A DNA stretch of 64,000 bases from Planctomycetota bacterium (lineage in GTDB: Bacteria > Planctomycetota > Planctomycetia > Pirellulales > Pirellulaceae). Of the stretch, positions 20,857-30,706 are shown in pieces. Made by a program: the position numbers and the translations under genes. The stretch covers positions 2,271 through 66,270 of the forward strand of contig VGZC01000015.1 of the NCBI GenBank assembly GCA_016872725.1. Direction: 5' to 3'. A model generated the notes under the pieces. It was not told where the DNA came from. It saw only the letters and a program-made list of their open reading frames with translations, and did not search any database. Positions within the stretch are counted from its first letter, which is position 1. Every line of letters begins with the position of its first letter.

Positions 20857-21411
20857 TCATACGATTTTTCGGATCGAATCCTCGCGACGCGCCGGTCCGG
20901 TCTCGGCGCCGCCGACCGCTTCGGCGCTCTTGTTCCCGCCTCGCACCATGGCGATCCGACCGGTCCGAACGAGTTCGGTGATGCCGTAGGGCCTCATTCG
21001 GTCAATGAACGCCTCGATCTTCGATTCGCGGCCCGAGATCTCGATCATGACTTCCGCGGCTCCGACATCGACGATCTTACCGCGGAAGATGTCGACCAAT
21101 TCGCGAACCTCGCTCCGCTTGCCGTTCGCCGGAGCACGCACCTTGAGCAGCATGAGGTCGCGTTCGACGTGGTCCTGGGAACTGATGTCGTCGACGCGGA
21201 CGACGGTCACGATCTTTTCGAGCTGTTTTCGGACCTGTTCGAGGATACGGTCGTCGCCCACGACCACGAACGTCATACGGGACAGATTCGCATCCTCGGT
21301 CTCTCCGACCGCGAGCGAATCGATGTTGTAGCCGCGCGAGGCCAGCATGCCCGCGATGTGCGCGAGCACGCCGGGGACGTTTTGGACGAGCGCGGACAGA
21401 ACGTGGCGCAT
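20857..21411 (-). CDS. ilvH: acetolactate synthase small (regulatory) subunit
   Basis: MRHVLSALVQNVPGVLAHIAGMLASRGYNIDSLAVGETED is an ACT domain, followed by the ALS_ss_C region. ATG at 21411; an alternative ATG at 21453 is possible. Confidence 0.85.
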   Translation of the reverse strand: MRHVLSALVQNVPGVLAHIAGMLASRGYNIDSLAVGETEDANLSRMTFVVVGDDRILEQVRKQLEKIVTVVRVDDISSQDHVERDLMLLKVRAPANGKRSEVRELVDIFRGKIVDVGAAEVMIEISGRESKIEAFIDRMRPYGITELVRTGRIAMVRGGNKSAEAVGGAETGPARREDSIRKIV

Positions 21412-21563
21412 GCTCGCGACGACTCCTCGAAATGCGGCGGGTGAAACCGGCATCTTAGTGGGGCCTGGGCGGAAGGACAAGGCGGGAGGCGTCCGCCCCG
21501 AGAACGGGGGCGCGGCGTGCATATGCCGATACCCCACGGCGCGCCGAACGCATGCCCGTCCAT

Positions 21564-21611
21564 GGCGTCGGATTCCGAACGGACGCGTCTTCGCCGGGCG
21601 AATCCGACGCC
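21564..21611 (-). terminator. 12-bp perfect inverted repeat (stem-loop) between the pentapeptide gene stop and the ilvH start
   Basis: GGCGTCGGATTC (21564-21575) pairs with GAATCCGACGCC (21600-21611). The 24-nt loop contains the self-complementary GACGCGTC. It lies 36 nt downstream of the pentapeptide stop. No U tract follows, so terminator function is tentative. Confidence 0.3.
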
Positions 21612-21646
21612 GCGCGCCGGCCCGCCGTTGATCCCCGACGAACCGA

Positions 21647-22279
21647 TCAGCTCCAGAATTGCCACCAGGGCCGCTTCGGCTTCCGCTGCGCCTGACCGAA
21701 TTGGCCGACGCGCTGGCCGTGCGGGCCGATCGCCCCGTCCATCTTGACTCGGCTGAGCTCGGCGTTCGCGAGTTTCGCGTCGAACAGATTGGAGTGCGAG
21801 AGGTTCGCGCCCGTCAGATTCGCGCGCGTCAGATCGGCGCCTCGCAGGTCGGCCTGCGACAGATTGGCATCGTTGAGATTGCAGCGCAGGTCGGCCATGG
21901 TGAGGTCCGCGTGCCTCAGATCGGCTCCGGTGAAATCGGCATCGGCGAGTTTCGCGTAGCGGCAATTCGCGTTTTGGAGGTTCGCGTCGAGGAATGCGGC
22001 GTGGCGGGCCACCACGTCGGTCATGTTCGCCTTCGTCAGGTTCGCCTTGGTGAAGATCGCATGGTCGAGGAACGCGCCTTGCAGGTTCGCTCCGCGCAGG
22101 TCGGCCGAACTGAAGTCCGCGCCGCGCAAATCGGCGTTTTGCAGGTCGGTGCCCCCAAGGTCCATGCCGTGGAAGCTGGCGCCGGGGAGTTTGACGCCGT
22201 CCAACCGGCTGCCTTGGAGCGACTCGAGATCCCGCTGCCAAAGGACCTCGCCGGATTCGCGATGCTTGATCTGAATCAT
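21647..22279 (-). CDS. pentapeptide repeat protein
   Basis: Long run of A(D/N)Lxx pentapeptides (ADLRGADFSSADLRGANLQGAFL...ANLTGANLSHSNL). ATG at 22279; the listed start 22336 is also possible. Confidence 0.85.
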   Translation of the reverse strand: MIQIKHRESGEVLWQRDLESLQGSRLDGVKLPGASFHGMDLGGTDLQNADLRGADFSSADLRGANLQGAFLDHAIFTKANLTKANMTDVVARHAAFLDANLQNANCRYAKLADADFTGADLRHADLTMADLRCNLNDANLSQADLRGADLTRANLTGANLSHSNLFDAKLANAELSRVKMDGAIGPHGQRVGQFGQAQRKPKRPWWQFWS

Positions 22280-22662
22280 GACGTCGATCGTCTCCCGCTT
22301 GGTCGACCCGCCAACGTCGCCGTTCGTCCGCGACACGGTCGCTCCGGCTTGCCGCGCCGCGCCCGTATTCGAACAACACGTACCTTGGGTCGGGACCCTA
22401 TGCGATCAGCCGCGGCACAAAGTTCCGATCGCCGCGCGCGGTACCATCGTGCTAAGGAAGACGCGCGCCAGTATAACCAAAAAGGCCCGAAATTCCCAAT
22501 GCGAATCGCCCGCAAACCGCACGAAACACCCTCTTTCATGGGGGTTTGCGGCACCCTGTCCGCCAATGCGGGCGCGAGACCGGGTTTGGCCTCGTCAAGG
22601 CTCGCGCGATCCACTAGATTCGATTGGATTCCAGGGGCGGGGCGATTCCGTTTGGGGGCGTG

Positions 22663-23514
22663 ATGGGGATATTTCAAGTCGAAATCGATTTCTTCCGCGG
22701 TCCGCTCGACCTCCTGCTCCACCTCGTGCGGAAGCACGAAGTGGAGATCACCGAGGTCCCTTTGGCGACGATCGTGGATCAGTACCTGGAGCACCTTGAG
22801 GTGCTGCGCGCGATCGAGATCGACACGGTGGGGGATTTCGTCGAGCTCGCCGCGACGCTCGTCGAAATGAAATCGCGACTCGTGCTGCCGCACGGCGAGG
22901 GACTTCCGGATGGGCACGTGGAGCCGCAGGAGGAGATTGTCCGGAGGCTTCTGGAGTACAAGCGATACCGCGACGCGGCGAGCATGCTGGATGAACGGGG
23001 GCGCGAATGGCAACTCCGCTACGCCCGGTGCGCCGACGACAGCCCCGCGCGCCGTCCCGATCCCGCTTTCCAGCCGATCCAGGAGGTCGAGCTTTGGGAT
23101 TTGGTGAGCGCGTTTGGGCGGATCATGCGGGACAGCCGGACCGTTCAGCCGTCGAGCATCGTCTACGACGACACGCCGATCCAATCGTACATGGAGTCGA
23201 TCCATCGGCGGCTGGCGGAACAAGGCCAGTTCGCCTTTTCGGAGATGTTCGCGAGCCACATGCACAAGTCGGCGCTGATCGGCGTCTTCCTCGCCGTGCT
23301 CGAATTGGTCCGCCACCATTGCGTGGTCACCGAGCAGACGGAGCTCGACGGCGAAATCTGGTTGACGCGAGGTCGGGATTTCCGGCACGACACGTCGTTC
23401 GCCTCGGTTGACATCGATCGGTACGAATCGGGGCCGTCCGCCGCGGAACCGTCGCCATCCTTGTCTCCGGTGCCGTCTCGTACGGATCCGTTGGAAGAAT
23501 CCTCCTCGTATTGA
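22663..23514 (+). CDS. scpA: segregation and condensation protein A
   Basis: ATG at 22663. FRGPLDLLLHLVRKHEVEITEVPLATIVDQYLEHL is the characteristic ScpA N terminus; 283 aa. Confidence 0.85.
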   Translation: MGIFQVEIDFFRGPLDLLLHLVRKHEVEITEVPLATIVDQYLEHLEVLRAIEIDTVGDFVELAATLVEMKSRLVLPHGEGLPDGHVEPQEEIVRRLLEYKRYRDAASMLDERGREWQLRYARCADDSPARRPDPAFQPIQEVELWDLVSAFGRIMRDSRTVQPSSIVYDDTPIQSYMESIHRRLAEQGQFAFSEMFASHMHKSALIGVFLAVLELVRHHCVVTEQTELDGEIWLTRGRDFRHDTSFASVDIDRYESGPSAAEPSPSLSPVPSRTDPLEESSSY

Positions 23515-23529
23515 GTCAGGCGGCGACCG

Positions 23530-24369
23530 ATGGTCATGAACGTTCCCGTACACCGGCTTGAGCACGGCACGCTCACCGTGGAGGGCTATTCGCGGGCGGC
23601 CGTGCAGACCTACTGGCGCATCCCCGAATTGAAGTTGGGGTTCGACCTGGGATGCCAACCCTGGGACTTCATGGGGACGGGTACTTGGTTCGTAAGCCAC
23701 GCGCATTTGGATCATATCGCCGCGCTTCCCGTCTATGTCGCGCGCCGCCGCATGATGAAGATGGACCCGCCGGTCATCTATTTACCGATGCATGCGGTCG
23801 ATCCGGTGCATCGCCTCCTTCGGGTCGTGACGCGTCTGGATCGCGGCCGAGCGCCGTGCGATCTGATCGGGCTGAATGCGGGCGACGAGGTTGAACTGTC
23901 GCGGGAATTGGTCGTCACGGCGTCGCCCACGAGGCATACGGTCCCGTCGCTGGGGTATGTCGTGTGGGATCGGCGGAGGAAGTTGCGGCCCGAGTTCGCT
24001 TCGTTGACCGGCGATCGGATCCGCGATCTCCGGTTGGCTGGGACTGCCGTGACGGAAGAGCGGCGCGTCCCGCTCGTCGCCTACCTTGGCGACAGCGCGC
24101 CCGAAGGTCTCGACGGCTGCCCCGCCATGTTCCAGGCGAAGGTACTGATTTCCGAAATGACGTTTGTGGCGCGGGGACACCGCAGAGAGAAGATCCACAA
24201 GCACGGCCATATGCACCTCGACGACTACCTCGATCGCCGGGACCGTTTCGAGAACGAGCGGATCGTGGCCGGGCACTTCAGTACGCGTTACCATGATCGG
24301 CAGATCGCGACGCTGGTCCGCGCGGCGATCCCCGACATGTTGGACGGGCGCCTGCACTTGTTCATTTGA
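23530..24369 (+). CDS. MBL-fold metallo-hydrolase (RNase Z-like)
   Basis: HxHxDH motif (SHAHLDH) and later His/Asp ligands; 279 aa. Confidence 0.75.
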   Translation: MVMNVPVHRLEHGTLTVEGYSRAAVQTYWRIPELKLGFDLGCQPWDFMGTGTWFVSHAHLDHIAALPVYVARRRMMKMDPPVIYLPMHAVDPVHRLLRVVTRLDRGRAPCDLIGLNAGDEVELSRELVVTASPTRHTVPSLGYVVWDRRRKLRPEFASLTGDRIRDLRLAGTAVTEERRVPLVAYLGDSAPEGLDGCPAMFQAKVLISEMTFVARGHRREKIHKHGHMHLDDYLDRRDRFENERIVAGHFSTRYHDRQIATLVRAAIPDMLDGRLHLFI

Positions 24370-24422
24370 CTCGGCGGTCGCCTGGGGAATGTCGAATCAA
24401 CGCGGAACAAAACCACTCGCCG

Positions 24423-25655
24423 ATGCGATCCAAGGCAGTGCCGTTCGACGCGACCAGCTCGGCGCCGCGCGGAGCCATGCCGCGCGCGGCGTACGTCCAT
24501 GTTCCGTTTTGCCGGCGCCGCTGCGGCTACTGCGCTTTCACCGTCCTCGCCGCGCACGATGCGTGGATTCCAAGGTACCTCGCCGCCGTCGAACGGGAAT
24601 TGGCCGACCTCGGCGCGCCCCGCGAAGTCGATACGCTCTATTTCGGAGGCGGTACTCCGTCCCACCTGCCGCGCGACGCCATGCGGCGGCTCGCCGAAGC
24701 GACCACCGATCGGTTTCCGCTGGCCGAGAACGGGGAATGGACCGTCGAGGCGAATCCAGCCGACGTGACGCGCGATTGGTGCCGTACGGTCCGGGAGCGG
24801 GGCGTGACCCGGATCAGCCTCGGCGTCCAGTCGTTCTCGCCCCGCAAACTCCGAGTGCTTGAACGCGATCACGACGCGCGCCGGATCGACGAATCCCTGC
24901 GTCTGCTGTTCGACGCGGGCTTGGACGTGGCCATCGATCTGATCTTCGGAGTTCCCGGCGAATCGGTCGAGGAATGGGACGGCGACTTGCGGCGGGCCGT
25001 CGCCGCGTCGCCCCACCATCTGTCGACCTACGGGCTGACGTTCGAGCGCGGAGCCCGATTCTGGGGTCGGCGCGCGCGAGGCGACATCACGCCGGAGTCC
25101 GAGGATTCCGAGGCCGAACTCTTCGAACGCGCGATCGACGTCCTGACGTCGGCCGGCTTCGAACACTACGAGGTCTCGAACTTCGCGCGGCCCGGCCACC
25201 GTTGCATCCACAACGAAACGTACTGGCTCGGCCGCTCCTACCATGGCGTCGGACCCGGCGCGGCGGCGTACGTCGATGGGCGGCGCATGATGAACCACCA
25301 AGGCGTGCTCGCCTACATCCGGCGCGTCGAACGAGGCGAGTCGCCGGTCGTTGATTGGGAAATGCTCGACGCCGAATCGCGAGCCAGGGAGCGGCTTGTC
25401 TTCGGACTCCGCCGACTCGAAGGCGTTGCGCGCGGCGCCTTTCAGACGCGGACAGGGCATTCGATCGACGACCTCGCCGGCTCCGCCGTCGAGCGGTTCG
25501 TTTCGCTCGGGCTCCTCGAAGACGATGGCTCGATCGTGCGGCTCACCCGACGCGGCCTCATGGTCAGCGATGCCATGTGGCCCGATTTGCTGCGCCCCGA
25601 GGTCGCCGCGCCGCGCGAACCGGCGCGGTCGAACCGCGCGGAAAACGCTCCCTAG
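24423..25655 (+). CDS. hemW: radical SAM heme chaperone / oxygen-independent coproporphyrinogen oxidase-like protein
   Basis: YVHVPFCRRRCGYCAF (CX3CX2C) and YFGGGTPS motifs; HemN_C-like C terminus. ATG at 24423; the listed TTG at 24366 overlaps the upstream stop and cannot be excluded. Confidence 0.8.
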   Translation: MRSKAVPFDATSSAPRGAMPRAAYVHVPFCRRRCGYCAFTVLAAHDAWIPRYLAAVERELADLGAPREVDTLYFGGGTPSHLPRDAMRRLAEATTDRFPLAENGEWTVEANPADVTRDWCRTVRERGVTRISLGVQSFSPRKLRVLERDHDARRIDESLRLLFDAGLDVAIDLIFGVPGESVEEWDGDLRRAVAASPHHLSTYGLTFERGARFWGRRARGDITPESEDSEAELFERAIDVLTSAGFEHYEVSNFARPGHRCIHNETYWLGRSYHGVGPGAAAYVDGRRMMNHQGVLAYIRRVERGESPVVDWEMLDAESRARERLVFGLRRLEGVARGAFQTRTGHSIDDLAGSAVERFVSLGLLEDDGSIVRLTRRGLMVSDAMWPDLLRPEVAAPREPARSNRAENAP

Positions 25656-25668
25656 GCCTGAGGAATCG

Positions 25669-27021
25669 ATGCCCATGAAGGAACCGCGACGCCAATTGAC
25701 CCTTCTGGACGCCGTGAGCCTGATGATCGGCGTCATCATCGGCGCGGGGATCTACCAAAACGCGCCGATGGTCGCGCGGGCAACCACGTCGTCGTGGGGC
25801 GTGATCGGTCTCTGGGCGCTCGGCGGCCTGCTTTCGATGATGGGCGCGATGAGCTACGCCGAATTGGCGACCGCCTACCCTCGAGCGGGAGGCGATTATG
25901 TCTATCTCACCCGCGCTTACGGCCGATGGGCCGGCTTCCTGTTCGGCTGGTGCCAACTGGTCATCGTTCGCCCCGGCGATATCGCGGCCCTCGCGCTCGT
26001 CTTCGCGAACCATGGCCACGCGATCGTGGAATCGGCGACTCCCGGGCTCGCGTCCGTGTTGCCGACGAAGGTCCTCGCGCTGGCGGGTATCGCCGCGCTG
26101 ACCGCCGTCAATGCGATGGGCGTCCGATTCGGAAAATGGATGCAGAACGCGCTCACCGCCGCGAAGGTCGCGGGCATCGTGTTCATCGTCGTCGTCGGCT
26201 ACGCCGCCGTGGCTCCCCACGCGGATATTTCCGAACCGACCGTAGCCGTGCCGTGGGAACTCGCGCTGATCCTCGTCCTGTTCACGTTCGGGGGCTGGAA
26301 CGAGATGGCGTATCTGGCGGCCGAACTCAAGAATCCCACGCGCAACATCGCGCGCGGACTTGTGATCGGAAGCGTGGGTGTCACGCTGATCTATCTCGTG
26401 ATGAACGGCGCGTTCCTCCACACGCTGGGCCATGCCGGTCTCGCCGCGACGAATACCGTCGCGCAGGATACGGTCGGAGTTCGCCTTCCCCGGATCGCCG
26501 GTGTGGCCATCAACGTGATGATCTGCGTGTCGTCGCTGGGCGCGGTGAGCGGCCTTGTCTTCACGGGATCGCGCATCTCGTACGCGCTCGGGCGCGACTA
26601 CCGGCTCTTCGCGTGGCTGGGCCAGTGGCATCCCCGCTACGAGACGCCCCTTCGAGCGCTGCTCGCGCAAGGCGTCCTGGCGTCGAGCCTCATTGTGATC
26701 CTGGGGGATTTCCTCGAGACACTGATCTACACGTCGGCCGCCGTCTACGCGTTCTACACGGCGACATGCCTTTCGGTGCTCGTGCTGCGGGTCCGTGATC
26801 CCGACACCGAACGCCCCTACCGCGTGACGGGATATCCCGTCACCGTGCTCGCGTTCGCCGCGACGGCGGCCTACCTCATGGTCAGCGCCCTGCGCTATCG
26901 ACCGATGCACGCCGTCGCCATGGGCGGATTGCTGCTGCTCGGCCTTTTCCTCTATGCGCTGCATCGGATCGGCCGACTCGCCGGTCCCCAGACCATCGAA
27001 ACTGGTCCCGAGTCGAACTGA
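25669..27021 (+). CDS. APC family amino acid permease
   Basis: ATG at 25669 (MPMKEPRRQLTLLDAVSLMIGVIIGAGIY...); 450 aa, 12-TM-like. Has an APC signature region (YAELATAYPRAGGDYVY). Confidence 0.85.
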   Translation: MPMKEPRRQLTLLDAVSLMIGVIIGAGIYQNAPMVARATTSSWGVIGLWALGGLLSMMGAMSYAELATAYPRAGGDYVYLTRAYGRWAGFLFGWCQLVIVRPGDIAALALVFANHGHAIVESATPGLASVLPTKVLALAGIAALTAVNAMGVRFGKWMQNALTAAKVAGIVFIVVVGYAAVAPHADISEPTVAVPWELALILVLFTFGGWNEMAYLAAELKNPTRNIARGLVIGSVGVTLIYLVMNGAFLHTLGHAGLAATNTVAQDTVGVRLPRIAGVAINVMICVSSLGAVSGLVFTGSRISYALGRDYRLFAWLGQWHPRYETPLRALLAQGVLASSLIVILGDFLETLIYTSAAVYAFYTATCLSVLVLRVRDPDTERPYRVTGYPVTVLAFAATAAYLMVSALRYRPMHAVAMGGLLLLGLFLYALHRIGRLAGPQTIETGPESN

Positions 27022-27045
27022 ACGACCGGTCTCCTCATCGGGTTT

Positions 27046-27082
<37 letters not shown>

Positions 27083-27229
27083 CGAGCTGAGCTCGCCGTT
27101 TCGATGTTGCCGAAAAGCGAGTCCTCCCGGTACACTCGGCGAACACGGATCGGAAATCGCAGCGCCGAGTGATTCGGGTCCGCATCGCACGTCCGGTCGC
27201 GAGCCGCGCGATTTGTCGTCTCCCGGGGA

Positions 27230-28261
27230 ATGGACGCCATGGATGTCTCGATCATCGTGCCGGTCTTCAACGAGCAAGACAATGTGCTGCCCCTGCATGA
27301 GGAACTGACCGCCGAAATGACGCGGCTTGGACGGTCCTACGAGGTTCTCTACATCGACGACGGTTCCCGCGACGACACGGCCGAGCGCCTACTGCGAATC
27401 GCCGGTGGCGACGCGCGGGTGCGCGTCGTGCGGTTCCGACGCAACCATGGGCAAACCGCCGCCATGCAAGCGGGCATCGATCACGCGTCGGGCAAGGTGC
27501 TCGTCTTTCTCGACGGCGACCTCCAAAACGACCCGGCCGATGTCCCACGCATGCTCGACGCCCTCGATGAGAGCGTCGATCTCGTTCATGGCTGGAGGAA
27601 ACGGAGGCGGGATCGGTTTTGGGACCGTCGGCTTCCCTCGACGATCGCGAATTGGGTCATCGCGCGCGTCACGCGATTCCCCGTCCACGACTTGGGCTGC
27701 ACGCTCAAAGTGATGCGCCGCGAAATCGCGTCCGAACTGGAACTCTACGGCGAAATGCACCGGTTCATCCCGATCCTCGCCCACCAGCGTGGCGCGCGGT
27801 GCGTCGAGGTGGAAACACACCATCGGCCCCGCAAGAATGGACGCACCAAGTACGGAATCTCGCGTACGCTGCGCGTTCTCCTCGACCTGATCACGGTCAA
27901 ATTCCTGCTCGACTACTTCCCCAGTCCGATGAAGTTCTTCGGACTCGCGGCCGTGGGATGCGCCTGCGTCGCCGGCGCGTCGGCCCTCGCCGTCGGGTGG
28001 ATGAAGATCCGACATGGCGTCGACATGACCGGCAACCCCTTGTTGTTGCTGTTGGTCCTGTCGACTATGGTCGCCGTCCAGTTCCTGAGTCTGGGCGTTT
28101 TGGGCGAGGTCGGCGCGCGCACCTATTTTCAGGCCGCGGCGCGGCGCGCGTATTCGATCCGCTCGCTCACCAATTTCCCCGGCGATTCGGTCCAACGCGC
28201 CGCGTTTCGAGCCCCTTCCGTGCGCACGGCCCACCGGCTCGTCGATCAGGCCAGGATCTAG
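27230..28261 (+). CDS. family 2 glycosyltransferase, polyprenyl-phosphate sugar transferase type (GtrB/ArnC/DPM1-like)
   Basis: IIVPVFNE, YIDDGSRDDT and DGDLQNDP (DxD) motifs, plus two C-terminal TM helices as in GtrB/ArnC; 343 aa. Confidence 0.85.
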   Translation: MDAMDVSIIVPVFNEQDNVLPLHEELTAEMTRLGRSYEVLYIDDGSRDDTAERLLRIAGGDARVRVVRFRRNHGQTAAMQAGIDHASGKVLVFLDGDLQNDPADVPRMLDALDESVDLVHGWRKRRRDRFWDRRLPSTIANWVIARVTRFPVHDLGCTLKVMRREIASELELYGEMHRFIPILAHQRGARCVEVETHHRPRKNGRTKYGISRTLRVLLDLITVKFLLDYFPSPMKFFGLAAVGCACVAGASALAVGWMKIRHGVDMTGNPLLLLLVLSTMVAVQFLSLGVLGEVGARTYFQAAARRAYSIRSLTNFPGDSVQRAAFRAPSVRTAHRLVDQARI

Positions 28262-28544
28262 GGACGCTTTTTCGCGGGCCCGCCGCACAAACGCTCCCCC
28301 GTGGTTGCTGTCGCGTTCGGCGCGAGCCTTTCCCACCGACCCCCGCGTCGTTTCGGTCCGAGCGGGCCATTCGCGCGCTTCGCTCCATTCGCCATTCGCC
28401 GTCGATCGGGCTTCTCGCTTGCTCGCCTATCCAAAAAAGGGTACGCTTGCGGCCGTCGCATCAATGCGTGCGGATATGTGGTCGTTGAGGGATTGCCGAG
28501 CCCGATCGGGCGGTCGGTTCGCATGTAGGGAGGAGACGTCGTTC

Positions 28545-30587
28545 ATGAGCCAGGTTGTCTTGGGTGGGCCGGCCGCGTCCGGTCCGCCGCGGGAGAATGA
28601 GGCCGATCGCAAGGACGAAGGGCCGGCGTGCCGCGATGGGGTCGGGTTTCCCGAGGCGTGGGGAGAGGACGGAACGGTACCGTACGCCGGGATACCCGTA
28701 ACGTGCGACGGTTCCGACGCGGTCGTCCACGTCGAGACGCACATCTGCCAGGGTACGGGCGCGTATCCGATCACAAGTTCCACGACGATGGGCAGCGGGT
28801 TCAACGCGGCCGCGCAGAACGGCAAGACGAATCTGTGGGGCGATACGTTGGTGTTCATGGAACCGGAGAGCGAGCATTCGTCGGCGTCGTTTTGCGAGGG
28901 GTTCGCGTTGGCGGGGGGGCGCGTGACGAACTTCACCTCGGGACAAGGCCTGGTCTTGATGAAGGAAGTGCTTTACACGATCGCGGGAAAGCGGTTGCCC
29001 GTCGTCTTCAACATCGGCGCGCGGGCCCTCACAAGCCATTCGCTCAACGTGCATGCCGGGCACGACGATGTGATGAGCGTCGCGGACTGCGGATGGGGCA
29101 TGCTTTTCGCCCGCAACGCCCAGGAGGCGGGAGACCTGTGTCTGATCGCGCGCCGTGCCGCCGAAGCGTCGCGGACACCCTTTCTTTCGATCCAAGACGG
29201 GTTCCTGACGACGCATACCGTGGAAACGGTCCGTCTGCCGGAACCCGAGTTCATGAGGGCCTATGTCGGGTCTCCCCACGACAAGCTCGCCAATCTGATG
29301 GATCCGGCGAATCCGGTGATGTCGGGCGTCGTGCAGAATCAGGACGCGTACATGAAGGGCAAGATCGCTCAGCGCTCGTATTACGATCAGGTGGCTCCCG
29401 CCCTGGCTGAGGCGTTCGAGGTTTTCGCTCGAGCCACGGGGCGCCGTTACGATTTCGTGATGCCGTATCGATGCGACGACGCGGAGTACGTTCTGGTCGG
29501 GATGGGCAGTTACATGGAGACCGCGCAGGCGACTGTCGATTACCTGCGCGACACGAAGGGGATCAAGGCGGGCTGTGTGACCGTGTTCTGTTACCGTCCC
29601 TTTCCGATGCATGCGATCGTGGCGACGTTGGCTCGATGCGCGGCATGCACGGTGCTCGATCGAATGGACGATCCTCTGGCGACGACGGGCAACCCGCTCG
29701 CGCGGGAGATCAAGTCGGCGTTTTGCGACGCGGCGACGGGGCGGATGGGCCATGCGCCGATCGCCCGTATTCCTCGGATCCACCACGCCGCGGCGGGGCT
29801 GGGAAGCCGCGACGTTCGGCCGGCCGATATCGTGGCGGCCTTCGAGAACATGATGCGGGGAGGTCCCGATTTCTTTTGTCTCGGCATCGATCATCCATTG
29901 GCTCTTCCGAGGTCCGAGGATCCCGACCTGAGGCCGACGGGCGGGTTTTCGATGCGGGGCCATTCGGTGGGCGGTTTTGGGTCGGTGACGACGAACAAGG
30001 TGATCGCGACGATCGCGGGCGAGGTTTTCGGAAAGGACGTACAGGCCTATCCGAAATACGGATCCGAAAAGAAGGGCCTGCCCACGACGTACTACCTTAC
30101 GATCGCCGACGCCCACATCCGAACGCACAGCGAACTCGACCTGGTCGATCTCGTGATCCTGAATGACGTCAACGCGCTCCACGGCAATCCGCTCAAGGGG
30201 CTTGTGTCCGGCGGCGCGCTGTTCCTCCAATCGCCGTTCGATAGGGCCGAGCAGGTCATCGAACGCATTCCGGCTCGCCATCGCGAGTCGATTCGGAAGC
30301 GGGCGATCCGCGTCCATTACGTCGATATGGTTCGAATCGCGCGCGAGGTCGCATCGGAACCCGACCTCCAAATGCGCATGCAGGGCATCGTGACGCTCGG
30401 CGCGTTCCTCAAACTGACGCCCTACGCGCGGGACAGCGGGATGACGGACGAACAGGTCATGGTCGGCGTCGAGTCGGCGCTCAGGAAGTATTTCGGCAAG
30501 CGGGGCGATCGGGTCGTCCAGGACAACCTCACGTGCGTGCGGCGCGGCTTCACCGAACTCCGACAGATCCCTCCGGAACTCGTTTGA
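28545..30587 (+). CDS. pyruvate/2-oxoacid:ferredoxin oxidoreductase, fused alpha+gamma subunit (PFOR domains I-II-III)
   Basis: ATG at 28545 after GGGAGGAG. CDGSDAVVHVE...GAYPITSSTTMG is the PFOR N terminus. The C-terminal GHSVGGFGSVTTNKVIA...YPKYGSEKKGLPTTYYLTIA is the gamma domain. Confidence 0.85.
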   Translation: MSQVVLGGPAASGPPRENEADRKDEGPACRDGVGFPEAWGEDGTVPYAGIPVTCDGSDAVVHVETHICQGTGAYPITSSTTMGSGFNAAAQNGKTNLWGDTLVFMEPESEHSSASFCEGFALAGGRVTNFTSGQGLVLMKEVLYTIAGKRLPVVFNIGARALTSHSLNVHAGHDDVMSVADCGWGMLFARNAQEAGDLCLIARRAAEASRTPFLSIQDGFLTTHTVETVRLPEPEFMRAYVGSPHDKLANLMDPANPVMSGVVQNQDAYMKGKIAQRSYYDQVAPALAEAFEVFARATGRRYDFVMPYRCDDAEYVLVGMGSYMETAQATVDYLRDTKGIKAGCVTVFCYRPFPMHAIVATLARCAACTVLDRMDDPLATTGNPLAREIKSAFCDAATGRMGHAPIARIPRIHHAAAGLGSRDVRPADIVAAFENMMRGGPDFFCLGIDHPLALPRSEDPDLRPTGGFSMRGHSVGGFGSVTTNKVIATIAGEVFGKDVQAYPKYGSEKKGLPTTYYLTIADAHIRTHSELDLVDLVILNDVNALHGNPLKGLVSGGALFLQSPFDRAEQVIERIPARHRESIRKRAIRVHYVDMVRIAREVASEPDLQMRMQGIVTLGAFLKLTPYARDSGMTDEQVMVGVESALRKYFGKRGDRVVQDNLTCVRRGFTELRQIPPELV

Positions 30588-30706
30588 CGCGAAATGCAGA
30601 TCGCTCCTCCGACGATCCCTCCCGACGCGCCGGCCACTCGGGAGAATCGGTACGGTGCCCGCGCGACGGTGACCATCCCATTCGAATCCTCACGGAAAGA
30701 CCGACC

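Noticed and set aside
22276-23715. 479-aa minus-strand ORF, and 16389..17657 (422 aa, plus strand)
   Set aside because: They are antisense to scpA/MBL and to the TPP decarboxylase respectively, and have no motifs.
28461-30371. 636-aa minus-strand ORF
   Set aside because: It is antisense to the PFOR alpha/gamma gene, has R/H/D-rich composition and shows no motifs.
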